Assembly (NCBI RefSeq): GCF_006345805.1
Contig: NC_042999.1
Span: 99,758,001-99,822,000, forward strand
DNA length: 64,000 bases
Direction of reading: 5' to 3'
Source: Octopus sinensis
Taxonomy: Eukaryota
Shown here: piece after piece, positions 25,485 through 37,718 of the stretch
Position numbering within the stretch: position 1 is the first letter of the stretch
Layout: the number at the start of each line of letters is the position of its first letter
Made by a program: the position numbers and the translations under genes
Notes under the pieces: model-generated
The model's database searches: none
What the model saw: only the letters and a program-made list of their open reading frames with translations
Told to the model about the DNA's origin: nothing

Positions 25485-26191
25485 ATTGTTTTAGATTAAA
25501 CTGCCAATTGTTCTTTAATGATTTTAAAGACAATACGTTATGATTTTGAGAGATTTTGCTCTACTTCTTGCAAACCGAGTGAATACGTAGGAGCTACTTT
25601 ACTGGATCGTATTAGTTGGTTGCTAAAAATTAAAAAGGATGATAAATTTTACTTGATGATTGGGAGTTGATTCTCAAAGAATGTTTTCTCTTCTGCTCAT
25701 CAGTAACATTGTGTTTTATTTGCACATGTATTTCAAATAATTACGTTAATCTGTTCACTGCCTTCAAATATTTCTACTTTTTATGCTGTGTTAACCAAGA
25801 AATGTGTTTAAAATCAGCAATTGGAATTCCGCTTTCACAATAATATCTCATTATTAGCTGATACTCTCAGATTTTATATGAGTTGTATCCCATTTTATTT
25901 TTTAAGGAAGATATGAAAATTTAGATTATTATTGTCGTACAAAGTTTTAAAAGAAACTGATGTTTGCTTTGAGATATTTGATCATAAAGTGAGGTTGAAG
26001 TGACTCAAGCAATAAAGGAAAACGAATGGCGGATTCTATTCACTAGGAGTTTACCCCATCTCGACTGCATCCACATAATCTTGAACGTTTCGTGAAAATA
26101 GAGAAGTTAGGTTTCAAAGCATAAACTCTGTAAAAGAAAACACTGTAAAAGAAAAATCTCTAAAATATAGTTGTATTAAGAAAATTGAATA

Positions 26192-26460
26192 TAGGTGATA
26201 TAATTTTTCGGAAATTTGCACCAATACAAAATATCCTGTATCATACTGATTCCTTCTTCATAAATACAAAGTGGAAGATGAGCGTTAAAATGTACTCCTT
26301 ATATGACTTAAATAACAAATTTGGTGATATAATTTTAGGTGATATAATTTTTCGGAAATTTGCACCAATACAAAATATCCTGTATCATACTGATTCCTTC
26401 TTCATAAATACAAAGTGGAAGATGAGCGTTAAAATGTACTCCTTATATGACTTAAATAAC
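26192..26460 (+). repeat. Perfect 125-bp tandem duplication with 19-bp templated spacer
   Basis: 26192-26316 equals 26336-26460; spacer AAATTTGGTGATATAATTT repeats the unit start GGTGATATAATTT. Confidence 0.95.
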
Positions 26461-26480
26461 TAATTTTAATATCTTTACTA

Positions 26481-27730
26481 TTAGGTTGTCAAGTATGAAA
26501 CTTGTAGAAAAGAAAAAAGTTTGCTAAAGTTTTATAAACACAAGGAATAGTTTTATTCATCAAAGTATGCAACTACATTGTCAACACATTTTGCCATTTC
26601 AGCGGTATCTTCTCCAACCCGGAAATGTAAAAGCCTGGCAATCTAGAATCAATAAAATCTTGGAAGGCCTGGTTTACAGCATCGTCGGAATTAATTATTT
26701 TTTTCCTATCAAAAAGTTATCCAAATTCTGGAAGAAGTGATAGTCAGTGGGGGCAAGATTAGGTATGGTGGATGATGAACTTCCAACTCCTGTAGTTTCG
26801 CCAATCTCATTTTTGCGGTGTGGTCTGGCGTTGTCTTGCAATAAAATAGGAGTGGATCTGTTGACTAATCTAGGCTGTTATTTTTCTTTTGTAAGTTTCT
26901 GCATCATTTGGTCCACTTGGCTGCAGTATACTTCGGCCGTGATTGATGAGCCAGGTTTAATGAAATCGTAATGGATCACACCTGCGCCAGACCACCAAAC
27001 ACACACTATCAGCATCTTTTGATGAATTTTGCTTTTGGGACTGTGTTTTGGTAGCTCGTCTTTGTTCAGCCATTGTGCTGAATGTTTACAGAAGTTGTAT
27101 TGGTTCCAGCGGTTCCATGTTACAATTTGATTGAAAAATGATTCATTTTTGTGGCGACAAAGAAGCATTCCAAATGTTGCTGTTTCTGATTTCCATTGAG
27201 TCAATGGGGAACCCACTTATCCAACTTTTTCCACTTTACTGATTTGAACTATGTGAGTCAATATTATTTGCTTGCTAACACCAAACAACAATGATAATTC
27301 ACGGGTACTTTGAGATGGGTCTGACTCGACGGTGGCTTTCAGTTGTCATTATCCACCTTTGATTCTAGTCGATTGCATTGCTCATTTGTAAGGTCAAAGT
27401 TACCAGAACGAAATTTTGCAAACCAATTTGATACTGTCTGCTGTTTAATACTCCATTAATATTTCGAGCTGTTTGTGATACTGTATTTCCAAGAAAGAAC
27501 TCATATTTCAAAACTGTATGAATTTCCTCCTTATCCACCTCTAAACAAAAATAGCAAAAAACGATTTATAACATACTTTATAAAGCGCAAAATGAGTTGG
27601 AATAAAGAAATAGATGTGTCAGCTTTCAAACAAAAAATAAAGATTGTCAAAATATAATAATGGCGCAATATGAACAGCTGTGAAAGTTTACCATATACCT
27701 TACTACAAATTTCATACTTGATGGAACTAA
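26481..27730 (-). mobile_element. Mariner (DD34D-type) DNA transposon, full-length but inactivated
   Basis: TIRs TTAGGTTGTCAAGTATGAAACTTGTAG / CTACAAATTTCATACTTGATGGAACTAA, TA on both sides (26479-80, 27731-32), 1250 bp. Peptides SAQWLNKDELPKHSPKSKIHQKMLIVCVWWSGAGVIHY, ILLQDNARPH, HPPY resemble Hsmar1/cecropia-type transposases; stops and frameshifts. Confidence 0.95.
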
Positions 27731-27826
27731 TATTTCAATTTCATGAACTACTATATTTGTGTATATTTTAATTCTTGCTGTAATTTAGTTGCTCATTTTG
27801 AATTGATAAAAGGTGGGTTTTTTTTC

Positions 27827-27873
<47 letters not shown>

Positions 27874-27971
27874 GTGTGTGAAATTTGATTTAGTATTTCT
27901 AAATTGAATTTTTTTTCCCTGGAAGTTTGGATTTTTATTCCCTCAAATAATTATCATATATATATATATAC

Positions 27972-28149
<178 letters not shown>

Positions 28150-31100
28150 TGATCGGCACCTACACATACATATATTGTATGTATGTATTATCATGCCATA
28201 TATATCGTCAAATGACAACCACTCACAAGTAGATATGTTATTTAGATTTAAATTCAAACAGATTCGCCATAAAGGATGTGGATAAATATGAAGGCGAAAT
28301 AATATTGATAAATTTTAAAGGTTATGTTTTCGAATTTAGAATTGACCAACCATAGTTGTTGACATTTATAGATCATATCTGAATGGCATGAGTGTCTATG
28401 TGTGTTTTCTTTCTCATGACGTAGCATCATATTTGATGTAGCTTAAATGAATTAAAAAGAGGCTATGAGTAAGTATGGATTAGTATGAGAAGTAAATTAA
28501 TACCTTTAGTATGGAAAGATATGTTTTCTTTTCCTTAAGCCATGAAGAGAGTATTTGAGACAGAGGTAGAGGGGAGAGAGAGAGAGAGAGGAATGCTGAG
28601 AGGTGCTTTGTGATAAGATTAATACAAAATAGGTGGTATAATAAAGTGAAAGAAAAAGAGAGAGAAAAGAAATGTAAAAGAAAAAGAAAAGAGAGTGAGT
28701 TATAAGGAAAACGTAGGAGATACTATAAAAACATAAAAAAAGGTGTTGTACTCAGATTATGGGTGGTAAAAGTGAAACAGTAAACAGAAATAATCAATTA
28801 TGACTGCAAAGCAACTGCGTGGAAAATAGAAGTGGTAGTTGTTTCATATTCGTTAAAGCAGTTTTAAGTATGCAAAATGAAAATATCATCTAAATATCAC
28901 GAAGGTCAAACTGCTCTATAAGATAAACCAGGCGGTAAGGTCACTGATCTGTTAATAACGTTTTTGTTTGTTTTCAAGAAATCGTTATTTCTGTCATTGC
29001 TTTTCTTTTTGATAAAACAAGTTACACGATATCCAAGCGAAGTTATGTCGCCTTTCAACGACTGCTAAATATGCAAATAGGCCAATCCACTGAAAAGCAT
29101 AGTGGGTGAGTAATAAATATAATATGCTTCTTGTTGTAGCTGTTGTTGTTTAGCTCAGGGTTATTCAAAGACGGCTATTCTAGCCATAACCATACCGTTT
29201 ACATTTTACTTGAAAAATGGATCACTAACAAAATTATGTAATGTGTGTTTTAATATAATTTCTCTATTTTCCATGTATAGTAGGGTGGGTAAAGTGGCAG
29301 TGGTTTCTTCAATGGGTTGTATAAATATTAAGTCTATATTTAAATTTCTATTAAGTAAAACGACTGAACATAGAATGTCTAGGTAAGACATTATGACTTG
29401 TTAGTAAAAAGCAATTGTCTTCATGTGTTTTATAAAAATAGGAAATAAGTATAGTAAGTAAACTCTGATCAAAAATCAGCCACAATTTACAGCTACCTAA
29501 TGACATGAGTAACATATGTAATAAAGTATTATGTTGAATTAACTGGCGCGACAATCACCAGACACCAGACAGATTAATAAGCTTACTAAAACTAATTCTG
29601 ACTGGTCATGAACTACCTGACCGAAGTAAAAATGTATTAGACAGTGTACGGATTTGACAAGAAAGAAATTAATTTTGCTATGCTAAAGATATAACACTGA
29701 ATCAAAAAAGAAATGTACTTAGACAAATTAGTTGATAAGATCCTAATGTTTGAGTGCATGAGATTAATATAGCATTGGAGGTGCGAAACGTACAAAAAGC
29801 TCCAATATATTTTTATCCCTGGATGTTTTAGGTTAAATTTCGGTGGATTTTTCTTTGCTTTTATATCTGATTATATTTTATGAAAGTAGCATATAACTAG
29901 GTTGCTTTATTCGGCCATCAGTTCCACGAACGGCTGATCATTCTTCTAAAAATATGTCATTTTGTGCATTATTTTCACAATGGTACAATATAAAACTTTT
30001 CTCTGAATTCTTGAATAAGTTCAATAGGCTTTTCTTGTAATAAAGTCTAAAATACATTGCCAAGTTTATTGTGTAGGGCGTAGTATTAATTTTATAAATG
30101 TATAACATATTATTAAGGAAAAACTCACCTATATTGTGTTTGTAAAAAGTATATCTTAAAAATTATTTTGCCCACCAGTAGAGCTTGTACCGTTGATATT
30201 CAGCCCCCCAACCGGAAGAAATATTTGATTCAAAATTAATCGAAATGAAAGAAAACCCCTTTTAATATTGATGTATACATTATACGTGTTTTAGTGTTTG
30301 AATATATTTCACACGAACTATTATGGCCTCCCAGACTATCTGAAATTTATTTATATTGTTACACAAACACACACTCATACAAATACACACACTCATATAC
30401 ACACACACATATATATGCGTATATATATATATATATATATATATTCATCGCCATGAATATGTCCCTTTCGAATTTAACTGAGTTTGTTCTGCATATATGT
30501 CTCAGTTTGTTCAAAATATGGTATGTTTAATTGGACTCGGCAACATACATGATATCAAAATAATTTGTTAAAAAGAAAAAAAAATTAAATCGCAAATCTG
30601 TTTCATTTTCCAAGTAATTATTGCTTAAGAAATTAGATATTCTCGTTCCAGTATTATTTAAAATACCATGCAATCACTCACATCAATCATTCAACTAAGA
30701 AAAGTAAAATGTGGCAAAAAAAACCTTTTCATAGTTGTGGTAGTGTATGTTAAATGTGTGGTGAAAGGATGGTAGTGCTACACGATAAAGTTAGTATTAG
30801 TTTCAGAATACTATATTTTGTGTATTGTTAGTAATTGAACTAGTTCCGGCAATCTGACTCTATTCACGAATCACCCCAGCAGAATGACCTTGAACTCCTT
30901 AAGATATGTATGTTGTATAGAGAACACCGAGGAAATCCTCTTGTATGCACCAGAATTTCATAATCTGATAGTAAGAGGATTACTATGATATCCGCTAACA
31001 AATTCTAATAAGCTCTCGTAGTTGACTGACATAAAATATGGAAATGGTTTTAATAAAAAAGTAAATTTAAATGTTTTCGTTTTGTTTTTATTTATTTATT

Positions 31101-31912
31101 TTTCTTTCTTTGTAAGAAAAAAGAAAACAAAAAAAGGAAGGAAATGAAATCTGCTTATAACAATTTGTTTCAGGATTTCTTTTATCTTGTTTCTTCTAGA
31201 GTAAAATATTCTGGAAAATATTCCCTGTTTCTGTTCAAAAGGAAGTTTTATGTTTTTCTTTGACATTTTGCATTAGTGAAAAATTCTTGCTCTAGAGCAT
31301 AATAACCTTGATGACAGTTGCAACTAGACAGTTCGACAGAATGTTTAACAGCCAATAGAAGGCTGCAAGATGTATAATATACAGCTACCGCTAGAAAATA
31401 CTGGGCCTATAGAAAGAGTTAAACGAGAGGAATTCTCACAGAGTTATCGAAGTTACTGTGGAGATGGCGATCGAGCTTTCATAAAATTAGCGAGAATCTT
31501 TCTGTCCACTAAGCAAGGGAGCCTCTGTGTCGTCCAGTGAACTTGTAGAAATAGCACGTAAATATCCCTTATATGTCACTCTGCTATCTTATATATATAT
31601 AGGATGACATATTGAATGATAGAGTTACACACTTTTCAAGAAATTATGATGAGATGCTCTAAACCAAAACATTCTGAGTACAAGTGTGCCCAGTGAAGTC
31701 TGACTTAGATCTATAAGACGACGTCAGTAATATTGCAAAGAAACAAACAATCAAGGGGCCTACTAGAAAGATACCAACATGACTCACAGATCCTTATACC
31801 TCAATATAACTGAAGAGTTTATCACAAACTTAGAAGTGAACTAATAAATTAAATTTTAATGAACTATGATGATGCAGTATGCACCATTTTCTACACTAAA
31901 GTAACAATAACG

Positions 31913-31975
<63 letters not shown>

Positions 31976-32220
31976 ACGGGAAGGTTTACGAAAATAAACA
32001 AAAGACGAAGGCAGGTGGAGTACAAACAAACAAGTGTATTGGTATGGCGCTCAGGAATAGAATAGAAAAAGTCTTTTACGTTTCAAGCCTACGCTCTCCG
32101 ACAGAAAGATACACAGAAAAAAACAGGGAGAGAAAAAAATGCGTGTAGGAGCTAAAGATCTATCATGGCGTCCTGACTTCGGACAGTGGTCAGACGCGAG
32201 AAGGACAGTAGGGGAGATAA
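31976..32220 (-). mobile_element. Non-autonomous PLE pLTR-like element between (TA)n and (TATG)n, carrying a hammerhead-like motif at 32071-32110
   Basis: Minus: TCTTT-CTGTCGG-A-GAGC-GTAG-GCTT-GAAAC-GTA-AAAGA; stem I TCTTT/AAAGA; related copy at 880-995. Confidence 0.55.
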
Positions 32221-32244
32221 CATATATGCATGTATGTATGTATG

Positions 32245-32278
<34 letters not shown>

Positions 32279-32782
32279 TGTATGTATGTATGTATGTATG
32301 TATGTATGTATGTATGTATATAAATAATATTTTTAATAAAAGCAAATTTGTTTTATTTTTTACGTTCTACAAGTTCCGGGTGTTTCCAACCTTACGACAA
32401 CAAAACACACACACGGACAATTGCACACGCGTAAACACAAGCATACAAACTCATATATATTATTTTACAAGGAAAATATTGGTAATTATTTCGTGATTTC
32501 GGTGTTGTTGCCTTCATTACACTGTCGGGGAAAAAGAACCAAGTCGAAATTTCGATAACACTGTCAATATTTTCTTTGTAAAAGTAAGATACACTGCTTC
32601 AGTGCACTGGGAGATACTGCCTTAAATATTTCGCTTATTTTTAATATATTACCATACATAAAAGCAAATAATGTGTGTGTGTGTGTATGTGTGTTCTACA
32701 CTTCCACACTTCCACACACATACATGCACACAAGCAGAGGTACATATATTATACATACATATATATATATATATAGTAAAGA

Positions 32783-32835
<53 letters not shown>

Positions 32836-32978
32836 GTATATGTATGTATGTAGCTCTGCTTGTGTGTGTGTGTGTGTGTGCGTGTATGTGTGCGTGTGTA
32901 TGTATATATGTAGATATAATGTATAGATATACATGTATATATAAATACTATGTTAATTATATTCATTATATATCATTA

Positions 32979-33027
<49 letters not shown>

Positions 33028-33517
33028 ATTATGCTGTAATTATATTAATTAGTATTTGTATTGTAAATATTAAAGTGATTGTTAGTCTTTCGCCTTTCTC
33101 CCCATCAATCTCCCCCTCTCTCTCCTTGTTTTGCTTTCTCTCTTTCTCTGTATGTATGTTTGAATATATATGTGTGTGTGTGCGTGTGTATGTGTGTATA
33201 TGTTTGCATGTATGTATGTATGTATGTATGTATGTATATATGTAATTATGTATCGATTCCATCCGATTTTGATTAACATTTCTAGCAGTTTCATTTATTT
33301 AATAGTTTTAATTAACGCAGAGAAAGACAAACATTCGGGTACTTACATTTATCGATTGTAAACTAAAGTTTCTTATTGAACTTACAATACTTACATGGAG
33401 TTAAGAGGAGTCAACGTTGACTTACATTATGCTAGCTCATAGCTATCATATTCATATATGCATACATACAAACATACATGCATACACTTATACATATATA
33501 CATGCACATGTATATAT

Positions 33518-33581
33518 GCTCAGTCGGTAGAGTACGACACTCTTAACCTCGGGGTCGTGGGTTCGGGCCGCACGTTGGGCG
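33518..33581 (+). pseudogene. tRNA-Lys(CTT) pseudogene, 5'-truncated, followed by a T9 Pol III terminator
   Basis: GCTCAGTCGGTAGAGTACGACACTCTTAACCTCGGGGTCGTGGGTTCGGGCCGCACGTTGGGCG closely follows metazoan tRNA-Lys-CTT; anticodon CTT at 33542-44; first 9 nt missing; anticodon stem mismatched. Confidence 0.85.
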
Positions 33582-33596
33582 CGTGCTTTTTTTTTA

Positions 33597-33720
33597 TAGG
33601 CACAAGCATGTCTCTGTGGTAAAAAGCTTGCTCCCAAACCATATGGTTCTGAGTTCCGTCCCACTGCGTGGAGCCTTAGGCAAGTGTCCACTACTATGAG
33701 TGTGTGTGTATGTGCTTGTA

Positions 33721-33765
<45 letters not shown>

Positions 33766-33975
33766 GTTGCTTTGTGTCAGTGCCTGTCACCCTACTACCG
33801 CTTGAAACCAGTGTTCGTGTGTTCACGTCCCCGTAGCTTATCGGTTCGGCCAAGGAGATAAAAATAAATCCTAAGCTTCAAAAGAATTCCTGGGGTCGAT
33901 TTGTTCGACTAAAACCCTTCTAAGCAATGCCTCAGCATGGCCCAGGCCTAATGACTTAAAGACGTAAAGGATAAA
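33597..33975 (+). mobile_element. SINE family B
   Basis: TGTGGTAAAAAGCTTGCT, GTCCCACTGCGTGG, TTAGGCAAGTGTCC, (TG)n, GTTCACGTCCCCGTAGCTTATCGGTTCGGC, GGGGTCGATTTGTTCGACTAAA. Confidence 0.85.
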
Positions 33976-34007
33976 AGATATATATACCTATATTATATAT
34001 TATATAT

Positions 34008-34345
34008 ATGGCTCAATGGTTACAGAATCTGGTTCACAATCATGTGTTAGTGAGTTCGATCTTCAGACTGGGCTGTGTGTTGTGTTCTTGAACTAGACGG
34101 TTTATTTCAGGTTGCTCTAATTCATTCAGCTGTAGCAATGCGTTTCTACGTCCCTGGTGCCAAGCTGTATTGGCCTCTGCCAATACAGCTTGGCACCAGG
34201 GACGTCGGTGGCGTGGAGAGAGGAGACTGGTATGTATGGGCAACTGCTGGCTTTCCATAAACAATCTTTCCCGGACTAGTATCTCGGAAGGTAACTTTCT
34301 ACGTGCATCCCATGATCGTTCACTACCGAAGGGGGTCTTTATCAC
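34008..34345 (+). mobile_element. SINE family C containing a perfect 27-bp inverted duplication (34148-34205)
   Basis: TGGCTCAATGGTT A box, GAGTTCGATC B box; hairpin ACGTCCCTGGTGCCAAGCTGTATTGGC-ctct-GCCAATACAGCTTGGCACCAGGGACGT. Confidence 0.85.
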
Positions 34346-34470
34346 TTTTTTAAAATTATATATATGTGTGTGTGTGTATGTTTGCGTGTGTGTGTGTGCG
34401 TGTGCGTGCATTTATGTATATATGTGTGTACGTATATATGTGTGTATGTATATATGTGTGTATGTATATA

Positions 34471-34560
<90 letters not shown>

Positions 34561-34645
34561 TATATGCATGTATACATCTGTGTCTGTATGTATATATACA
34601 TATATATACATACACATACAAGCACACACACAAAAACGAGCTGTG

Positions 34646-34700
<55 letters not shown>

Positions 34701-35135
34701 TATATATTGTGGACTAGCTTCTCTTGGATGTGGTGCATAAGTTTCTAGTTGTTCAGTCAACTAAGTGTGCAAAGTGAATGAATATCACACACATGTGTGC
34801 CTTTAGTGTAATTCTTAATTAGAACCAAGGTAACAGTTTATGACAAAGCTGGATCCTGGACTTTTTAAATACATGTGTATTCTCTCAAACTAGAGTCTAC
34901 TTTATTTCTGTTTCTACAAATACCTTTACACGGGACGCTCAAAAGATAGGAACGAAACTGAAACATCGTGCTTACTAAAACTAATCTTTTTACCACAAAA
35001 CCATGTCTGCATCGACCTTTTTCTGTCTGTCTCTCTCTGTCACTTTCTCTCTGTTTCTCTCTCCTCCTCTCTCTCTACCTATTTATCTTTTATCTATTAT
35101 CTCTGTATGTATTTATCCATATGGTATATATATAT

Positions 35136-35213
<78 letters not shown>

Positions 35214-37149
35214 CATATGCATATGTATGTATATGTATATTATATGTGCACACAACACACACACGCACGGAAATGTATATAAACACATGTATGTGTGTGT
35301 TTGTTTATCTATAATGTAAGCTTGTTTTCAAGAACTTCACAGATATGAACATAATCGTAGTTCTTGTCTTAAAACTGTTAAATGCTTTCCATTACTGTCT
35401 AACGTAAATAAATAACGAAGACACTATAAACGTGTCTACTTGTGTCTTATGTATTTATGCCTGTGCGTGCGCCTGTGTGAGTGAGAGGGGAGTGTGAGGG
35501 AGTGATATAGTATGCACGTACAGATTTTAATGTTACATGAAATGTGAAATAAAAAACGTTAAAAACATAAAATAAAAACAAAACATTCTACACTACTTCA
35601 AAACGAACTCAATACAGTTGCCCCTAGGTTTTCGCTCACCAGCTAGAAAAAGCAGCGAAATGCATTCAAATTACATTACACCGTGTTAAATAGAAATATG
35701 TATCGATTAATATAGTTCTGGTTATATTCTTCTTGAAAATGAAACGAGATTGTCATGGTTTAAACGCAGCTGACTGTAGGTCATCTCCAAACGAACAGGT
35801 AGTGGCGCTAAACAGCGACTATATTTCAAAGATAGTATTATTCTTCCCTAGATGTATATTTGAAGAAAAATTCATTTACTAACCGTTTACGAATCATATG
35901 AAAAATTATAGGCAAAGTGTGATATCCGACCTAGAAAATCATTAGTGTTTTACAGGTATTTCAATCGTCGTTTATATAGATGCAGCAGACAAAACAGCTT
36001 AGCTTAAGCTTTAAGTACCAATTGAAGATTTAAGTAATCTGCTCTTATCAATTAGAATTATGCTTGTCTGTTCTAAAGGAAGGTAATACCTTAATAGTCC
36101 AATTACAACAGAATTTCGACATCTCTTCACCTCAATAACTTGACGGTCAATAATTTAATATACACGATTATAATCTGTTTTGTAATTAGCGTCTAATAAA
36201 ATGTAATGTGTAAGCAATTTTCGGTCTATTTGGATTAAGCGCAACTTTGTAATATATATTTAGGCACAAAACATGCCTGTTAGTCTGTCATATTACTGAA
36301 TAAACGCATTTGTTTAATGTATATTTTAAGTTATCATGCCAAATCAATGTTTAGTAGTTACTGTGTAGTCACACAAATTTCAAATACGCTGTATTGCAAA
36401 TGTTTACTACAGCATACAGCTGGAAGAATCTTAAGCGCCTCCATATTTATACTTGCATATACATACCTATGTGTATATGGCAATGGAAGAAATAGAGGAA
36501 TATGTAGCCCGCGGAGAAGACTCAATGTAGACACCTGATTTGCTATAAAGAACAAGCAAAATACCCTCAAATACCTCATTACCCTCTCAAAAAGAGAACA
36601 TATCAATGTAGTCATGGATACACTGTCCGAAAATAATACATGATGGCTATGGACAGAATAAATTGTTGATAGGTCTGATTTACTTAGGTCAGAGTTGACC
36701 TGAGGATGACCAGCAAAAGCAACAGTTAGACATCGAAATTAAGAATATAGAATTCATTTACGCATATATCTCCCGAACATAGAATCACATATTTCAAGTA
36801 AAGCAAGACATTCGTCTTAACATCCAGATCAAATATTTTTTATACGAGAAATATTACATCTTTATTTCTTATTTGACACAGGACGCAATAGAAATTTATG
36901 TATGTAAATAGTAACAGAATGTCCTAATTGATATAGTGGCATGTACCATTTTCCCGCTAAATATTTATGCAAGCGTGAACTGACTTAGACACAGAATCTC
37001 GAGTATGTGAGTGCTGCTCATGTTTTCAGCTGGCTCTCACTTTCAGCTGAGTAGGCTGAAATAAAAGGAAATGAAATGCCTGGTTTAGGAACACAGAGTG
37101 CCGCCCGGTCAAGAAATCGAAATTAGTGAGCCCAACACCATAAATATTT

Positions 37150-37381
37150 ACGTCTTTATTACCCACAGGGAGTAAACATAGAGGGGACAAAAAAAGGATA
37201 TACAAAGGGATCAAGTCGATTACATCGACCCCAGTGCGTAATTGGTACTTATTTAATTTACCCCGAAAGGATGAATGGCAAAGTCGACCTCGGCGGAATT
37301 TGAACTCAGAACGTAACGGCAGACGAAACAGCGCTAAGCATTTCGCCCGGCGTGCTAACGATTCTGACAGCTCGCCGCCCT
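37150..37381 (-). mobile_element. SINE family A, well-preserved copy
   Basis: Reverse complement begins GGGCGGCGAGCTGTCAGAATCGTTAGCACGCCGGGCGAAATGCTTAGC; matches 4298-4510 and retains the segment that copy lacks. Confidence 0.9.
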
Positions 37382-37424
37382 CAAACACCATAAATATTAA
37401 CCCACGTACAGTCACACACGCACG

Positions 37425-37455
<31 letters not shown>

Positions 37456-37685
37456 ACACACACACACACCACACACACACACACACAAATATGCTCGCAA
37501 CCATACACACAAACACATATACACACAAAACAAAGTATATACACATTCATGATATTTTTTTGTAGAATATATTCCCATAATTCATAGAGCTGTTTCTCGT
37601 AGTCATAATCCAAACATTTCATGCAAAGTATGGTTCCCAGAATGATATTGATTATGAGTTAGAATTTACTGAAATAAGGATTTCC

Positions 37686-37718
<33 letters not shown>

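Noticed and set aside
26192-26460. Direct repeats with a spacer, superficially CRISPR-like
   Set aside because: Eukaryotic context, only two 125-bp units, and no cas genes; it is a tandem duplication.
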